The notes beneath the pieces were generated by a model that made no database searches, was not told the origin of the DNA, and saw only the letters and a program-made list of their open reading frames with translations. Of a stretch of 64,000 nt of DNA, positions 1 through 10,079 are shown piece after piece (position 1 is the stretch's first letter; every line of letters starts with the position of its first letter). A program made the translations under genes and the position numbers. The stretch comes from an uncultured Phycisphaerales bacterium. Its GTDB lineage: Bacteria > Planctomycetota > Phycisphaerae > Sedimentisphaerales > Anaerobacaceae. The stretch covers positions 2,546,872 through 2,610,871 of the forward strand of contig OY970359.1 in NCBI GenBank assembly GCA_963718665.1, written 5' to 3'.

Positions 1-1641
1 GAGGTTGACCAGTTGTGCAAATTGCTTGGTCAAACCGCCGGGATTCGGCTCACGATGATACTTCCTGACGGCCGGGTTGTCGGCGATTCGGACCAGCAGC
101 CGGCCAAAATGGAAAATCACGCGGACCGTCCTGAGTTCAGGCAGGCGGTGAGCGGGCAGACCGGCAGGTCCGTGCGATTCAGCGACACCTTAGGCAAAAA
201 TATGATGTATATCGCTGTGCCTCTCAAAGAGCAGGAGCAGACAATAGCAGATTCGACCTCTTCGGCTGGTTCGACAAGCTCGCCGCTGGCGGTTGTTCGC
301 GGGTCGCTTTCGGTAATCGCTGTTGACAAGGCGCTGAATGATATTTACGCAAAAATAATCTGGGGAATGGTGGGGGCGGCGGTTTGTGCGGCGGGCGTAA
401 CTTTAGTTGTATCCCGCAAGATAACCCGGCCCATCGAACAAATGAAAGACGCCGCGAAGCGGTTCGCCACGGGGCAGTTAGACCACAGGGTCCCCGTGCC
501 TGATTCTGAAGAATTAGCTGAGCTTGCAGAAGCGCTTAACGAAACTGCTGACCGTCTCAAGCGAACAATCGAAACCATAACAAACCAGAAGAATCAGCTT
601 GAAGCGATTTTAAGCAGTATGGCTGAAGGCGTGATAGCTGTGGATTCGGACGGACGAATCGTGAGTATCAATAAAAAGGCGGCACAGCTTCTTGAGATAG
701 ATGGCAATTCGGCCACAGGACGCATTATTGAGGAAACAATCAGAAATGTGGATATCCAGCGATTTATGCGATATACCCTGAATCTCTCTGCACCAACGGA
801 AGAGGATATTACTCTGTCGGCAAAGCCGCCTGTTTTGCTACGGGCCAGAGGCACATACCTCACCGACCATCAGGGCAATAAAAGCGGGGCTGTTATTGTA
901 TTGAGCGATATGACGAGGATGCAGCGGCTGGAAAATATCAGGCGCGACTTTGTAGCCAATGTCTCTCACGAGCTTAGGACGCCGATTACTTCCATTAAAG
1001 GATTTGTTGAAACACTCTTAGACGGCGCCATTAACGAACCCGAACAGGCACAGCGATTTCTCAAAATTATAGCGGGCCATACCGACCGGCTGATGGCGAT
1101 TATAGAAGATTTGCTGAGCTTGTCCCGCCTCGAAGAAAACGGCCAAACGAGAATGATTGCGAGGGAGCATTTGAAGGTGAGGTCCGTTCTCGAATCGGCA
1201 GTTGAGCTTTCCGGTCCGAAGGCAGGCGACAAGAAAATCAAAATCGAGATTGACTGCGATGATGATTTGGAGGCATTGATAAACCCTACTTTGCTTGAGC
1301 AGGCGGTTTTGAATCTCGTTGATAACGCCATTAAATATAGTCCCGCTGAAAGCACGATTCAGATAAGCGCACACGCAGCGGATTCGACAAGCTCACCGCA
1401 GGCGGAAAATGAAGTGATTATCGCGGTGAAAGATTCGGGCTGCGGCATAGAAAAGAGCCATCTTTCACGCATATTCGAGCGGTTCTACGTTGTTGACAAG
1501 GCCCGCACGAGAAAACTCGGCGGGACGGGCCTTGGCCTTGCGATAGTCAAGCACATCACAAATCTTCACGGCGGCTCAGTTACCGTCGAAAGCACCCCCG
1601 GCCAAGGCAGCACCTTCACTATTCACCTGCCTGTTAGATAA
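1..1641 (+). CDS. phoR: Phosphate-regulon sensor histidine kinase (HAMP-PAS-HisKA-HATPase), 5' truncated by the window
   Basis: FVANVSHELRTP H-box, NLVDNAIKY, GGTGLGLAIVKH; next to pstSCAB-phoU. Confidence 0.92.
   Translation, partial: EVDQLCKLLGQTAGIRLTMILPDGRVVGDSDQQPAKMENHADRPEFRQAVSGQTGRSVRFSDTLGKNMMYIAVPLKEQEQTIADSTSSAGSTSSPLAVVRGSLSVIAVDKALNDIYAKIIWGMVGAAVCAAGVTLVVSRKITRPIEQMKDAAKRFATGQLDHRVPVPDSEELAELAEALNETADRLKRTIETITNQKNQLEAILSSMAEGVIAVDSDGRIVSINKKAAQLLEIDGNSATGRIIEETIRNVDIQRFMRYTLNLSAPTEEDITLSAKPPVLLRARGTYLTDHQGNKSGAVIVLSDMTRMQRLENIRRDFVANVSHELRTPITSIKGFVETLLDGAINEPEQAQRFLKIIAGHTDRLMAIIEDLLSLSRLEENGQTRMIAREHLKVRSVLESAVELSGPKAGDKKIKIEIDCDDDLEALINPTLLEQAVLNLVDNAIKYSPAESTIQISAHAADSTSSPQAENEVIIAVKDSGCGIEKSHLSRIFERFYVVDKARTRKLGGTGLGLAIVKHITNLHGGSVTVESTPGQGSTFTIHLPVR
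250..290 (+). repeat. Tandem degenerate REP-like copies in frame in phoR (DSTSSAGSTSSPL)
   Basis: GATTCGACCTCTTCGGCT-GGTTCGACAAGCTCGCCGCTGGC; matches copies at 1381, 35827, 56253. Confidence 0.8.
1381..1403 (+). repeat. REP-like repeat in frame in the phoR ATPase domain (DSTSSPQA)
   Basis: GATTCGACAAGCTCACCGCAGGC, core flanked by GCGGA direct repeats. Confidence 0.85.
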
Positions 1642-1683
1642 ACATTTTCTCGATTTCCTCTTTTTCCAATAATACCCCTTTAA

Positions 1684-1722
1684 TTAACACAATTCTAACA
1701 TCAATTTAACAGGCCTTTAGCG
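1684..1722 (+). promoter_or_regulatory. Pho-box-like array upstream of the porin
   Basis: TTAACA/CTAACA/TTAACA/TTAGCG at 1684, 1695, 1706, 1717 (11-bp period). Confidence 0.75.
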
Positions 1723-1816
1723 AAGCTCAAATAATATCCTAAATGGGTACGACGCCATCCGGGGTGGTCTCGGGTCAGCGTTCAAGTAAAAGAAGTGTTT
1801 TGTGGAGGTATGAGTA

Positions 1817-3100
1817 ATGAATAAATTAAGGATGATTTGTGGGTGTCTGCTGCTGGGTCTGGTTTTCGCCTGCAGCGCAAAGGCCGACGAAATCAGCGAT
1901 ATGAAAAAGCAGATAGCTGATTTGCAGGCCAGATTAGACCAGCTGGAAGCACAACAGAAGAAGGTCGTCGCCGAGGAGGTCAACAAGGCCATAGAGCAGA
2001 AACAGGTTTCAGCGTTGCCGGAAAACGCAAAATGGATTGAGAACATGAAAATCAGCGGTGATTTACGGTACCGCTACGAGGGGATTGATTCACAGACCAA
2101 AGGTAAATGGTCGAGCAAGGGCGAAAGCGACAGCATAGAACGAAATCGGCTTCGCGCCAGGATTGGAATTTACGACAAAATCAACGATGAGGTTGACGTC
2201 GGTTTCCGGCTTGGCAGCGGGTCAAACGGCGACCCTACTTCTACAAACCAGACCGAAGGGGATGCTTTCAGCAAAAAACCGATTTGGCTGGACCAGGCAT
2301 ACTTTGACTGGCATCCGAAAGATATAACGGGTTTTGACTTCATAGGCGGCAAAATGGTTAATCCTTTCTACCGGGTCGGCACCAATGAGTTAATTTGGGA
2401 TGTTGACCTGAATCCGGAAGGTCTTGCCGCCAAATACGAACTGCCGATTAACGATTCTCTAAAGGCATATATCAACGGCGGCGGATTCTGGGTTGGAAAT
2501 CCCGATAATGTCGATACCTCAGCTGGAGCTTCTACATCGCTGTGGGGGATACAGAGTTATCTGAAGAATACTTTTGAGGACAAGAGTTACCTGCTGGGCG
2601 GCATGAGCCTTTACACATACGGGAATATCAAGGGAGAACCCAACGTTAGCTCGACGTGGGGCAAGAACAGTTTCTTCGGCAATACCTCAGTCAACGGGAC
2701 TTACAAATATGGTTATGACATCGTTGAGGGATTCGCAGAATACGGCACTAAAATCGCGGATTTCCCGGTCGCAGTGTTTGGGGATGTTGCTCATAACACG
2801 GATGCACCCAGCGGCAAGAACAATGGCTGGCTCATCGGAACCATATTCAACAAGGCAAAAGACCCCGGCTCATGGCAAATCGGATATGATTATCGCGACA
2901 TTGAGTCCGATGCAGTAGCAGGCCAGTTCAACTATTCTGATTTCGACGGCGGCGGCACAAACGCCAAGGGCCACCAATTTAACTTCGTTTATCAATTAGC
3001 GAAGAATTTCCAGACCTGCCTGACCTACTTAATCGATGAAAACAGAACCACGAACGATAAATACCGCCGGCTGCAGGCAGATTTGGTTTTCAAATTTTAA
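1817..3100 (+). CDS. Putative outer-membrane porin (Porin_5-like), probably phosphate-starvation induced
   Basis: Signal peptide, N-terminal coiled coil, SGDLRYRYE and RNRLRARIG strands, C-terminal QADLVFKF beta-signal. Confidence 0.8.
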   Translation: MNKLRMICGCLLLGLVFACSAKADEISDMKKQIADLQARLDQLEAQQKKVVAEEVNKAIEQKQVSALPENAKWIENMKISGDLRYRYEGIDSQTKGKWSSKGESDSIERNRLRARIGIYDKINDEVDVGFRLGSGSNGDPTSTNQTEGDAFSKKPIWLDQAYFDWHPKDITGFDFIGGKMVNPFYRVGTNELIWDVDLNPEGLAAKYELPINDSLKAYINGGGFWVGNPDNVDTSAGASTSLWGIQSYLKNTFEDKSYLLGGMSLYTYGNIKGEPNVSSTWGKNSFFGNTSVNGTYKYGYDIVEGFAEYGTKIADFPVAVFGDVAHNTDAPSGKNNGWLIGTIFNKAKDPGSWQIGYDYRDIESDAVAGQFNYSDFDGGGTNAKGHQFNFVYQLAKNFQTCLTYLIDENRTTNDKYRRLQADLVFKF

Positions 3101-3134
3101 AGATGATTTGTTCTAACGAAAGATTGACCGATTA

Positions 3135-3151
3135 TTAACATAATCCTAACA
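3135..3151 (+). promoter_or_regulatory. Pho-box-like repeat
   Basis: TTAACA (3135) and CTAACA (3146), 11 bp apart. Confidence 0.65.
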
Positions 3152-3190
3152 ATGTTCGCGTAATTTAATCTTGAAAGGAGAAAAAGCGAA

Positions 3191-3274
3191 ATGAAGAGAT
3201 TGGTGTGTAGTTTAGTTTTGCTGGCACTTGCAGCCACAGGTCTGGTGCGGGCGGACGTGGTATTTAAGTTTTAA
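3191..3274 (+). pseudogene. 27-aa collapsed porin paralog MKRLVCSLVLLALAATGLVRADVVFKF
   Basis: GAAAGGAG RBS; signal peptide joined directly to ADVVFKF, which resembles the ADLVFKF end of the upstream porin. Confidence 0.7.
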
Positions 3275-3281
3275 ATGGACC

Positions 3282-3308
3282 TTAATTGATTCTAACAGAA
3301 ACCTAACT
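3282..3308 (+). promoter_or_regulatory. Pho-box-like repeat upstream of pstS
   Basis: CTAACA (3292) and CTAACT (3303), 11 bp apart. Confidence 0.65.
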
Positions 3309-3341
3309 CTTTCAGTTTAGGTTGATATAAAAGGAAAGATT

Positions 3342-4349
3342 ATGAAAAAAATAATTGCACTATCATTAACGGTGGTATTGGCGATGGCGGCAACCTCACT
3401 GGCAGAAGTTACGCTTAACGGGGCTGGAGCGACCTTCCCTTATCCCGTGTATTCTGCATGGGCTAATGAGTATAGTAAGGTTACAGATGTAAAGCTGAAC
3501 TACCAGTCTATCGGGTCGGGCGGCGGGATTAAGCAGATAACTGAACGCACGGTAGATTTCGGAGCTTCCGATAAGCCGCTTACTCCTGAAGAACTGGCCA
3601 AGAACAAGCTGATTCAATTCCCGGCAGTCATCGGCGGGGTCGTGCCTGTTGTCAATATCACAGGCATCAAGGCGGGAGATTTAAAACTCGATTCCAACAC
3701 GCTCAGTAAAATTTATCTCGGTGAAATAAAAAGCTGGAACGACCAGAAAATCAAGGAATTGAACCCAATGCTTAATTTACCCAGCAACGAGATTACCGTA
3801 GTACACCGCTCAGACGGGTCTGGAACAACCGCCATCTTTACAGATTATTTGTGCGACGTTTCTTCTGAATGGAAAGAGAAAGTCGGCACCGGCACCTCCG
3901 TGAGTTGGCCGGTGGGCATCGGCGGCAAAGGAAATGAAGGAGTGGCAAACTATGTTCAGCAGCAGAATAATTCCATCGGCTATGTGGAATTCGCGTACGC
4001 CACGCAAAACCATCTTGCCTACATACTGCTCAAAAACCGTGCAGGCACATTTGTAGAACCGAGCTTCGAGAGCTTTGAAGATGCAGCCGCAACCGCCGAC
4101 TTCGATGCAAATAAGGATTTTTACCTCTGGCTTAACAATGCGCCGGGTAAAAAGTCGTGGCCTATCGCGGGCGCCACATTCATTCTTCTCGCCAAAGAGA
4201 AAAAAGAATCGAATGTGAAGGTTGTTAAGTTCTACGATTGGGCATTCAGGAATGGAGACGATAAGGCGAAAGAACTTATTTATGTCCCGCTTCCTGAATC
4301 GTTGAAAGACAAAGTACGCGGATATTGGAAGTCGAACGGCATTGAGTAA
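3342..4349 (+). CDS. pstS: Phosphate ABC transporter substrate-binding protein
   Basis: GAGATFPYP, YQSIGSGGG, RSDGSGTT. Confidence 0.97.
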   Translation: MKKIIALSLTVVLAMAATSLAEVTLNGAGATFPYPVYSAWANEYSKVTDVKLNYQSIGSGGGIKQITERTVDFGASDKPLTPEELAKNKLIQFPAVIGGVVPVVNITGIKAGDLKLDSNTLSKIYLGEIKSWNDQKIKELNPMLNLPSNEITVVHRSDGSGTTAIFTDYLCDVSSEWKEKVGTGTSVSWPVGIGGKGNEGVANYVQQQNNSIGYVEFAYATQNHLAYILLKNRAGTFVEPSFESFEDAAATADFDANKDFYLWLNNAPGKKSWPIAGATFILLAKEKKESNVKVVKFYDWAFRNGDDKAKELIYVPLPESLKDKVRGYWKSNGIE

Positions 4350-4392
4350 AACAGCATCACCTGCTAAGAAAGAGAAAAAAAGAAGTGAAAAC

Positions 4393-4430
4393 AAACGGGT
4401 CAGGTATATGCCTTTATACCTGACCCGTTT
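4393..4430 (+). terminator. Strong hairpin between pstS and pstC (partial terminator or mRNA stabiliser)
   Basis: AAACGGGTCAGGTATA...TATACCTGACCCGTTT. Confidence 0.7.
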
Positions 4431-4479
4431 GAGCGTTGTTAGAAATACCATAGTAGAGCATCGAAAGAAGGGTTATCCT

Positions 4480-5421
4480 TTGATACTATTTCCTAAAAAG
4501 AATTTTTCCGATCTGTTTTTTTCCTCTCTTACCGCTGTTGCGTCATTTACGATCATCATTTTCATTGTCGGAATTCTGACGGTACTTTTTAAGGAATCTT
4601 CTCTTGCGATGAAGAAGTTCGGTCTGTTCAATTTTCTGACATCGACCGCGTGGGACCCCGTCAAAGGCATTTTCGGAGCAGCCACCACCATTTATGGCAC
4701 CTTTGTCACAACCGCCCTCGCCCTGCTCTTTGCCATACCAACCGCCATCGGCATAGCGATATTCGTCACTGAAATCGCCCCAAATTTTCTCAAAGGCCCT
4801 TTTGGCATCGCTATCGAACTGCTGGCCTCCATCCCAAGCATTATTTACGGCATGTGGGGACTTTTTACCCTTGCTCCCATCATGTCGAAATATGTCGAAC
4901 CGGCGCTACAGGGAACCGTTGGGAAACTGCCCTTTGTCAGTATCCTGTTTCAAGGAACTCCTATGGGTATTGATCTGCTGACGGCAAGCGTCATCCTCGG
5001 CATTATGATAATTCCTTTTACGGCAAGCATCGCTCGCGATTCATTCAACCTGACCCCACCAGTTGTCAAGGAATCGGCCTATGCAATGGGTGCAACGCAG
5101 TGGGAGGTGGTTAAGGATGTAATACTCCCCTACTCCAGACTGGGCGTGTTCGGAGGGGCAGCGCTGTCTTTAGGGCGAGCGTTGGGCGAAACTATGGCGG
5201 TTGCCTTTGTGCTCGGCAATAGTCACAAGATTGCTACATCGCTCCTTGACGCAGCTTCTACCATCACTGTAACACTTGCGAATGAATTTACCGAAGCTGA
5301 TAGCGACATCTATCTGTCATCTCTCTATTATCTTGCGCTCGCATTATTCGTGATGAGCTTCATCATATTGGCGATATCGAAATATTTTCTTCTGAAAGCT
5401 GAGAGGAGATATCATCGATGA
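4480..5421 (+). CDS. pstC: Phosphate ABC permease PstC (start uncertain; TTG at 4480 assumed)
   Basis: IELLASIPSIIYGMWG, LGRALGETMAV. Confidence 0.95.
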   Translation: MILFPKKNFSDLFFSSLTAVASFTIIIFIVGILTVLFKESSLAMKKFGLFNFLTSTAWDPVKGIFGAATTIYGTFVTTALALLFAIPTAIGIAIFVTEIAPNFLKGPFGIAIELLASIPSIIYGMWGLFTLAPIMSKYVEPALQGTVGKLPFVSILFQGTPMGIDLLTASVILGIMIIPFTASIARDSFNLTPPVVKESAYAMGATQWEVVKDVILPYSRLGVFGGAALSLGRALGETMAVAFVLGNSHKIATSLLDAASTITVTLANEFTEADSDIYLSSLYYLALALFVMSFIILAISKYFLLKAERRYHR

Positions 5422-6260
5422 CATATGAGCAGAAACGTAAAGTTAATAACTTTATTGCCCTCGCTCTGAGCGGCTTTGCAGCGGCAATAGGACTGTTCTG
5501 GCTCATCTATATCTTGGCGGATGTCATAATCCATGGAATAGGCGCATTGCGTCTTAGTCTATTCTTTAATGACCCTGCCCCTGCCGGGGTCGATGGAGGC
5601 GGACTGAGAAACGCTTTCATAGGCCAGTTGATGATAATCGGCATCGCCACTTTGATTGGCGTGCCGATAGGCATTCTCGGAGGCACATTCCTGGCAGAGT
5701 ACGCACGAGGGAAAAAAATCGCCAGGTTTATCAGCATTCTTGCGGATATCATGGTCAGTGTCCCATCAATTGTGGTAGGTGCGTTTATCTATGCAATTCT
5801 CGTACGACCGCTTCATCATTTCAGCGGCTGGGCGGGGGCCATCGCGCTTTCGGTCATTATGATTCCGGTGGTTCTCAGAACAACGGAAGATATGCTCTCG
5901 CTGGTACCGTGGACATTAAGGGAAGCGGCATTTGCACTTGGAGCGCCTTATTATAAAGTAATCACACAGGTGGTATATCGCGGCGCATCCGCAGGAATCC
6001 TTACCGGTGTGCTGCTGTCTATAGCCCGGGTGGCAGGTGAAACCGCACCGCTGCTTTTTACGTCGTTCAACAACAACTTTTTCTCATGGAAGATGAACGG
6101 ACCCGTCGCTTCGCTGACGGTTACCATCTTTCAATACGCAATGGGGCCGTATAAAAGCTGGCATACGCAGGCGTGGGGCGCAGCGTTCGTTATCACGTTG
6201 TTCATACTTATTCTGACAATAACAGGCAGAACGGTCATTTGGTGGAGGTATAAACATTGA
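5418..6260 (+). CDS. pstA: Phosphate ABC permease PstA
   Basis: [29 protein letters not shown]. Confidence 0.96.
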   Translation: MTYEQKRKVNNFIALALSGFAAAIGLFWLIYILADVIIHGIGALRLSLFFNDPAPAGVDGGGLRNAFIGQLMIIGIATLIGVPIGILGGTFLAEYARGKKIARFISILADIMVSVPSIVVGAFIYAILVRPLHHFSGWAGAIALSVIMIPVVLRTTEDMLSLVPWTLREAAFALGAPYYKVITQVVYRGASAGILTGVLLSIARVAGETAPLLFTSFNNNFFSWKMNGPVASLTVTIFQYAMGPYKSWHTQAWGAAFVITLFILILTITGRTVIWWRYKH

Positions 6261-7021
6261 TGGAAACTATTGAGATAGAGGTTAAAAAACTGGACTTTTA
6301 TTATGGCGGGAAGATACATGCTCTGAAAGGAATATCACTGCCGATTAGTAAAAACAGCGTTACGGCGATCATCGGGCCGTCGGGATGCGGCAAAACGACG
6401 CTGCTTCGCTGTTTCAATCGAATGCACGACCTCTATCCGTATCATCGATATGAAGGCCAGATCATCTTTCAGAATAAAAATATTCTGTCCGGCGACATAG
6501 ACCTCATCAATCTCAGGAGCCGCATCGGCATGGTGTTTCAGAAACCGACGCCATTTCCGATGTCAATAGCCGATAATATCGCTTATGGTCTAAGGCTCAA
6601 AGGCATAAAAAATAAATCGGAACTGTCTGGCCTTATCGAACAATCTCTTAAACATGCTGCGCTTTGGGAAGAAGTCAAGGATAAGTTGGACAAAAGCGCC
6701 TATGAACTTTCCGGCGGCCAGCAGCAGCGGCTTGTAATCGCGAGAGCATTGGCCGTTGAACCGGAAATCCTTCTCTTCGACGAAGCCTGTTCCGCCTTGG
6801 ATCCGATTTCAACCGCAAAAATCGAAGAATGCATAGTGAATCTAAAGAAAGACGTTACTATCATAGTCGTAACGCATAATATGCAGCAGGCGTCGCGTGT
6901 CTCCGATATGACCGGTTTTCTTTACATGGGCGAACTCATAGAATTCGGGACCACCGATAAAATATTCACCAGCCCCACCAACAAGCAGACTGAAGATTAT
7001 GTTACCGGCAAATTCGGCTAA
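6257..7021 (+). CDS. pstB: Phosphate ABC ATPase
   Basis: [28 protein letters not shown]. Confidence 0.97.
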   Translation: MMETIEIEVKKLDFYYGGKIHALKGISLPISKNSVTAIIGPSGCGKTTLLRCFNRMHDLYPYHRYEGQIIFQNKNILSGDIDLINLRSRIGMVFQKPTPFPMSIADNIAYGLRLKGIKNKSELSGLIEQSLKHAALWEEVKDKLDKSAYELSGGQQQRLVIARALAVEPEILLFDEACSALDPISTAKIEECIVNLKKDVTIIVVTHNMQQASRVSDMTGFLYMGELIEFGTTDKIFTSPTNKQTEDYVTGKFG

Positions 7022-7075
7022 AATGTATGAAAGCGATAAAGTGCAATTGTAACAGTCCATATGACGGAGAATGGT

Positions 7076-7741
7076 ATGTCTGTGCATTTACAGCGAGAAA
7101 TTGAGAATCTGAAAAAGAAACTGCTGACACTAAGCGCTATTGTTGAGACGGCCGTGCGTGATGCGACGCTTTCGATTGAGAACCGCGATTACGAACTTGC
7201 CCAGAAGATAATTCAAAACGACCCCCGGATTGACAGTATGGAGGTGGGGGTAGAGGAGGACTGCCTCAAGGTTCTCGCTCTGCATCAGCCGGTCGCAATT
7301 GATTTGCGTTTTATCGTTGCCGTGCTGAAAATGAATAACGACCTCGAACGCATCGGCGACCTGGCTGTAAATATCGCGGAGCGGTCGGCGTTTCTGTCTA
7401 AGCATCCTCCCGTTGGTTTTTCTCTGGGTCTGATTGAAATGGTTGATAAAGTACAGGATATGCTCAAGCACAGCTTAGATGCGCTTATCGGTCTCAGTTC
7501 CGGCCTGGCTCACGAGGTTTGCGCAAGCGATGATGCCGTTGACGCCATGAACAGGCAGATGTATATCAAAATTCAGGACGCCATAAGAAGAAATCCCGAA
7601 CAACTGGAGTCGCTTATTCACCTGTTGTCTGTGTCAAGACATCTGGAACGAATAGCCGACCACGCCACCAATATCGCCGAGGACGTCATCTATATGGTCG
7701 AGGGACAAATCGCCCGCCATCGCACCGAAGATTACAAATAA
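7076..7741 (+). CDS. phoU: Phosphate signalling protein PhoU
   Basis: HQPVAIDLR, DLERIGDLAVNIA, LERIADHATNIAE. Confidence 0.97.
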   Translation: MSVHLQREIENLKKKLLTLSAIVETAVRDATLSIENRDYELAQKIIQNDPRIDSMEVGVEEDCLKVLALHQPVAIDLRFIVAVLKMNNDLERIGDLAVNIAERSAFLSKHPPVGFSLGLIEMVDKVQDMLKHSLDALIGLSSGLAHEVCASDDAVDAMNRQMYIKIQDAIRRNPEQLESLIHLLSVSRHLERIADHATNIAEDVIYMVEGQIARHRTEDYK

Positions 7742-7795
7742 TTGTTGGGATACTCTTTAATCCAGCCATCATATCGACGCCAACGCCCACAACAA

Positions 7796-7823
7796 CTAAC
7801 TGATTTCTAACAAACACATAATC
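7796..7823 (+). promoter_or_regulatory. Pho-box-like array upstream of the CheW-like gene
   Basis: CTAACT/CTAACA/ATAATC at 7796, 7807, 7818. Confidence 0.5.
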
Positions 7824-7983
7824 ATATTCTGACAATCCCTGCTTAAACTGTGGACGTATTAATAAAAGGAGGATGTTGATGTGACCGCTGGGTGCGTAGC
7901 CAGGGTGTAATAGGGCACCCCAGCGAGGAAGTAAAACACAATGTTGTGTTTTTGATATAAATCGATGTTTAAGGAGTGAACAA

Positions 7984-8538
7984 ATGGTAACAATGACAAG
8001 AAAACCACGGCAAGTCCACGGAATAAACAAGTTTCATTATTCATGGTTTACATCTTTTCTTCTTGCTTATGAAACTGACGCACGAAGATTGAACCTGCGC
8101 TGCCTGGGCTGCCGGGAGTTGATAAAGTTTGATTACAAGAAGCCCACTCATATAAGAGGCGTTATAGAATTTAACGGCTTATATATACCCGTCATAGACC
8201 CGGGTATTTTGCTGCTCGGCCGGCCGTCGGCATTCAGTAATTTAAGCTGCATACTGATTGTGCCGCACCGCTGGGAAAATCAGCAGTATTATACGGGCGT
8301 TGTAATAGAAGACATCGATGAGATTATGGAGTTTGCATCCAGCGAACCTGATATTGAGCCGCTGAGAGACATTAGCGTCAATATCAGATTTGTCCTCGAT
8401 ATGCGCAAAAGCCCCGGGGCGGAATCGTGGCTTTATGAAAATCATCGAATGCTGGATATTTGCAGAAACGAAAACCAGCAGGAGCAGGATTATATCGCCT
8501 TTGAACGAAGGTGCTCAGAAAAAATGCTTAGCGCATAG
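7984..8538 (+). CDS. Divergent CheW-like domain protein
   Basis: HIRGVIEFNGLYIPVID and TGVVIEDIDEI resemble CheW strands. Confidence 0.6.
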   Translation: MVTMTRKPRQVHGINKFHYSWFTSFLLAYETDARRLNLRCLGCRELIKFDYKKPTHIRGVIEFNGLYIPVIDPGILLLGRPSAFSNLSCILIVPHRWENQQYYTGVVIEDIDEIMEFASSEPDIEPLRDISVNIRFVLDMRKSPGAESWLYENHRMLDICRNENQQEQDYIAFERRCSEKMLSA

Positions 8539-8558
8539 CAACCGAATTGACTTCCGTA

Positions 8559-8999
8559 TCATTCCACCAGGTTATCTGGCAACTGCTCGACAAATGCCTT
8601 TATTTCATCACGCACTCTACGATAAATGCCCAATACTTCCTGCTCAGTCACTGCCTGTTTTGCCAGTCGAGGCGGGTCATCAAAACCGAAGTGAACAACT
8701 TTCGTTTTACCGGGGAAAATGGGGCAATGTTCGTGGGCGTTGTCACAAACGGTGATAACAAAATCAAAATTTACGCCTTTGAACTCGTCGAGGTGTTTTG
8801 AGCGATTATTCGATATATCAACACCGACCTCAGCCATAACCTTGACAGCAATCGGGTCAAGACCGTGCGGCTCGATACCGGCCGAATACGGCTCAATCGA
8901 ATCGCTTTTAAACTTTCTCGCCCAGCCCTCGGCCATCTGGCTCCGGCAGGAATTGCCGGTGCAAAGAAACAGAATTTTAAGTTTTTCAGAATGCTTCAT
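8559..8999 (-). CDS. arsC: Arsenate reductase, LMW-PTP fold
   Basis: LFLCTGNSCRSQMAEG, ITVCD..HEHCPIFPG, FDDP. Confidence 0.93.
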   Translation of the reverse strand: MKHSEKLKILFLCTGNSCRSQMAEGWARKFKSDSIEPYSAGIEPHGLDPIAVKVMAEVGVDISNNRSKHLDEFKGVNFDFVITVCDNAHEHCPIFPGKTKVVHFGFDDPPRLAKQAVTEQEVLGIYRRVRDEIKAFVEQLPDNLVE

Positions 9000-9259
9000 A
9001 ACTTGCACTTTCCGGTTATTAATATTATCGGTGACCTTACCCCCCGAAAACTGAGCCACTTATAATTGGAGCTCCGGCATGATAGAGCCCGTTTACAATG
9101 CGTGACACAAGATTCAGGCAGAAACAGATCATAGTGATTTTAAGAGATTAAGAGAAGCCAAAAATAGGGGACGACAGACACTTTTTAACTCTCTAAGGCA
9201 TTTCGGATATTGGCAAAGCAAGCAAGAAGTTGTTATACTACAACCACTTAGAAAATTAG

Positions 9260-9333
9260 GCGCCCGTAGCTCAGCTGGATAGAGCAACGGATTTCTAATC
9301 CGTAGGTCACAGGTTCGAATCCTGTCGGGCGTA
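9260..9333 (+). tRNA. tRNA-Arg(UCU)
   Basis: Cloverleaf; ACGGA-TT-TCT-AA-TCCGT anticodon arm; GGTTCGAATCC. Confidence 0.97.
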
Positions 9334-9709
9334 GTGGACAAGCAAGGATATTTTGCTTCAGTGGAGAGGGGCGTCCGGAGACACGGGTTTTGCCACCAAA
9401 GAAAGAAGTCCTGGAATACATAATCTGCGAGGGGTTCGTCTTTAACGCGATATCGTATGACGGGCCGGATGAAGAGGAGGGGCTTTTTGTCCCAATATTG
9501 CTATTTTCAAAAATATCATAGCGATGAGCTAAAAATTGGTCTTCATATGGCTTTGGGATGCCCAAATAGGTCAAAAAACGCTAATAAATGATGCCGGAAT
9601 CACAAAAAAACACAAACTATGATAATAAAACGGTAATGTTGCACGTTATAATAGGTAAAGGACATAACAAGGCAGGGGAGGCCCCGTAACAGTTTTTTTA
9701 GCGTGAGAG

Positions 9710-9919
9710 GTGTGGTTATATGAAGCGGAAAAGAGGCAGTTTGTGGTTGGGCTTCGCACTGCCACCGATGTGCTTGACGCGCAGGCAAAATTCGCGAATG
9801 CCCAGATCGCTGAAATTGGCGCGCTGACGGAATACCAGATAGCGCAGGTTGACCTTGCATACGCGACGGGGACGCTTTTAGGTGCGACGAAGGTGAGCTG
9901 GGAACCAAGTATTCCTTAA
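9710..9919 (+). pseudogene. C-terminal fragment of a TolC-family outer-membrane efflux protein
   Basis: FVVGLRTATDVLDAQ...YQIAQVDLAYATG is a TolC C-terminal repeat; no upstream part. Confidence 0.75.
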
Positions 9920-10079
9920 AGAAACCCCTGAATACAGATATAATTTCCCGAAGCGTTCCACATCCGTTGGGGGGGCACAAAGCGTTGTTTTCCATTATAC
10001 GATATGATAAAGTAAATCTTTTATCAAAGTGCGTTGCCGAGACGGTGACGTAACTGGATTTTGGGGTAACAGAGCCGCG

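Noticed and set aside
4342..4479. Long N-terminal extensions in the ORF track (pstC; likewise manA, aspC, cinA)
   Set aside because: They run through hairpins, repeats or neighbouring genes. Downstream starts fit better.
7860..7930. Hairpin CGCTGGG...CCCAGCG with nearby GGA motifs as an sRNA
   Set aside because: Single hairpin with no terminator or recognisable family.
8559..8999. arsC beside pst as an arsenic island
   Set aside because: No arsR, arsB or acr3 present, and the gene is convergent. Proximity alone is weak evidence.
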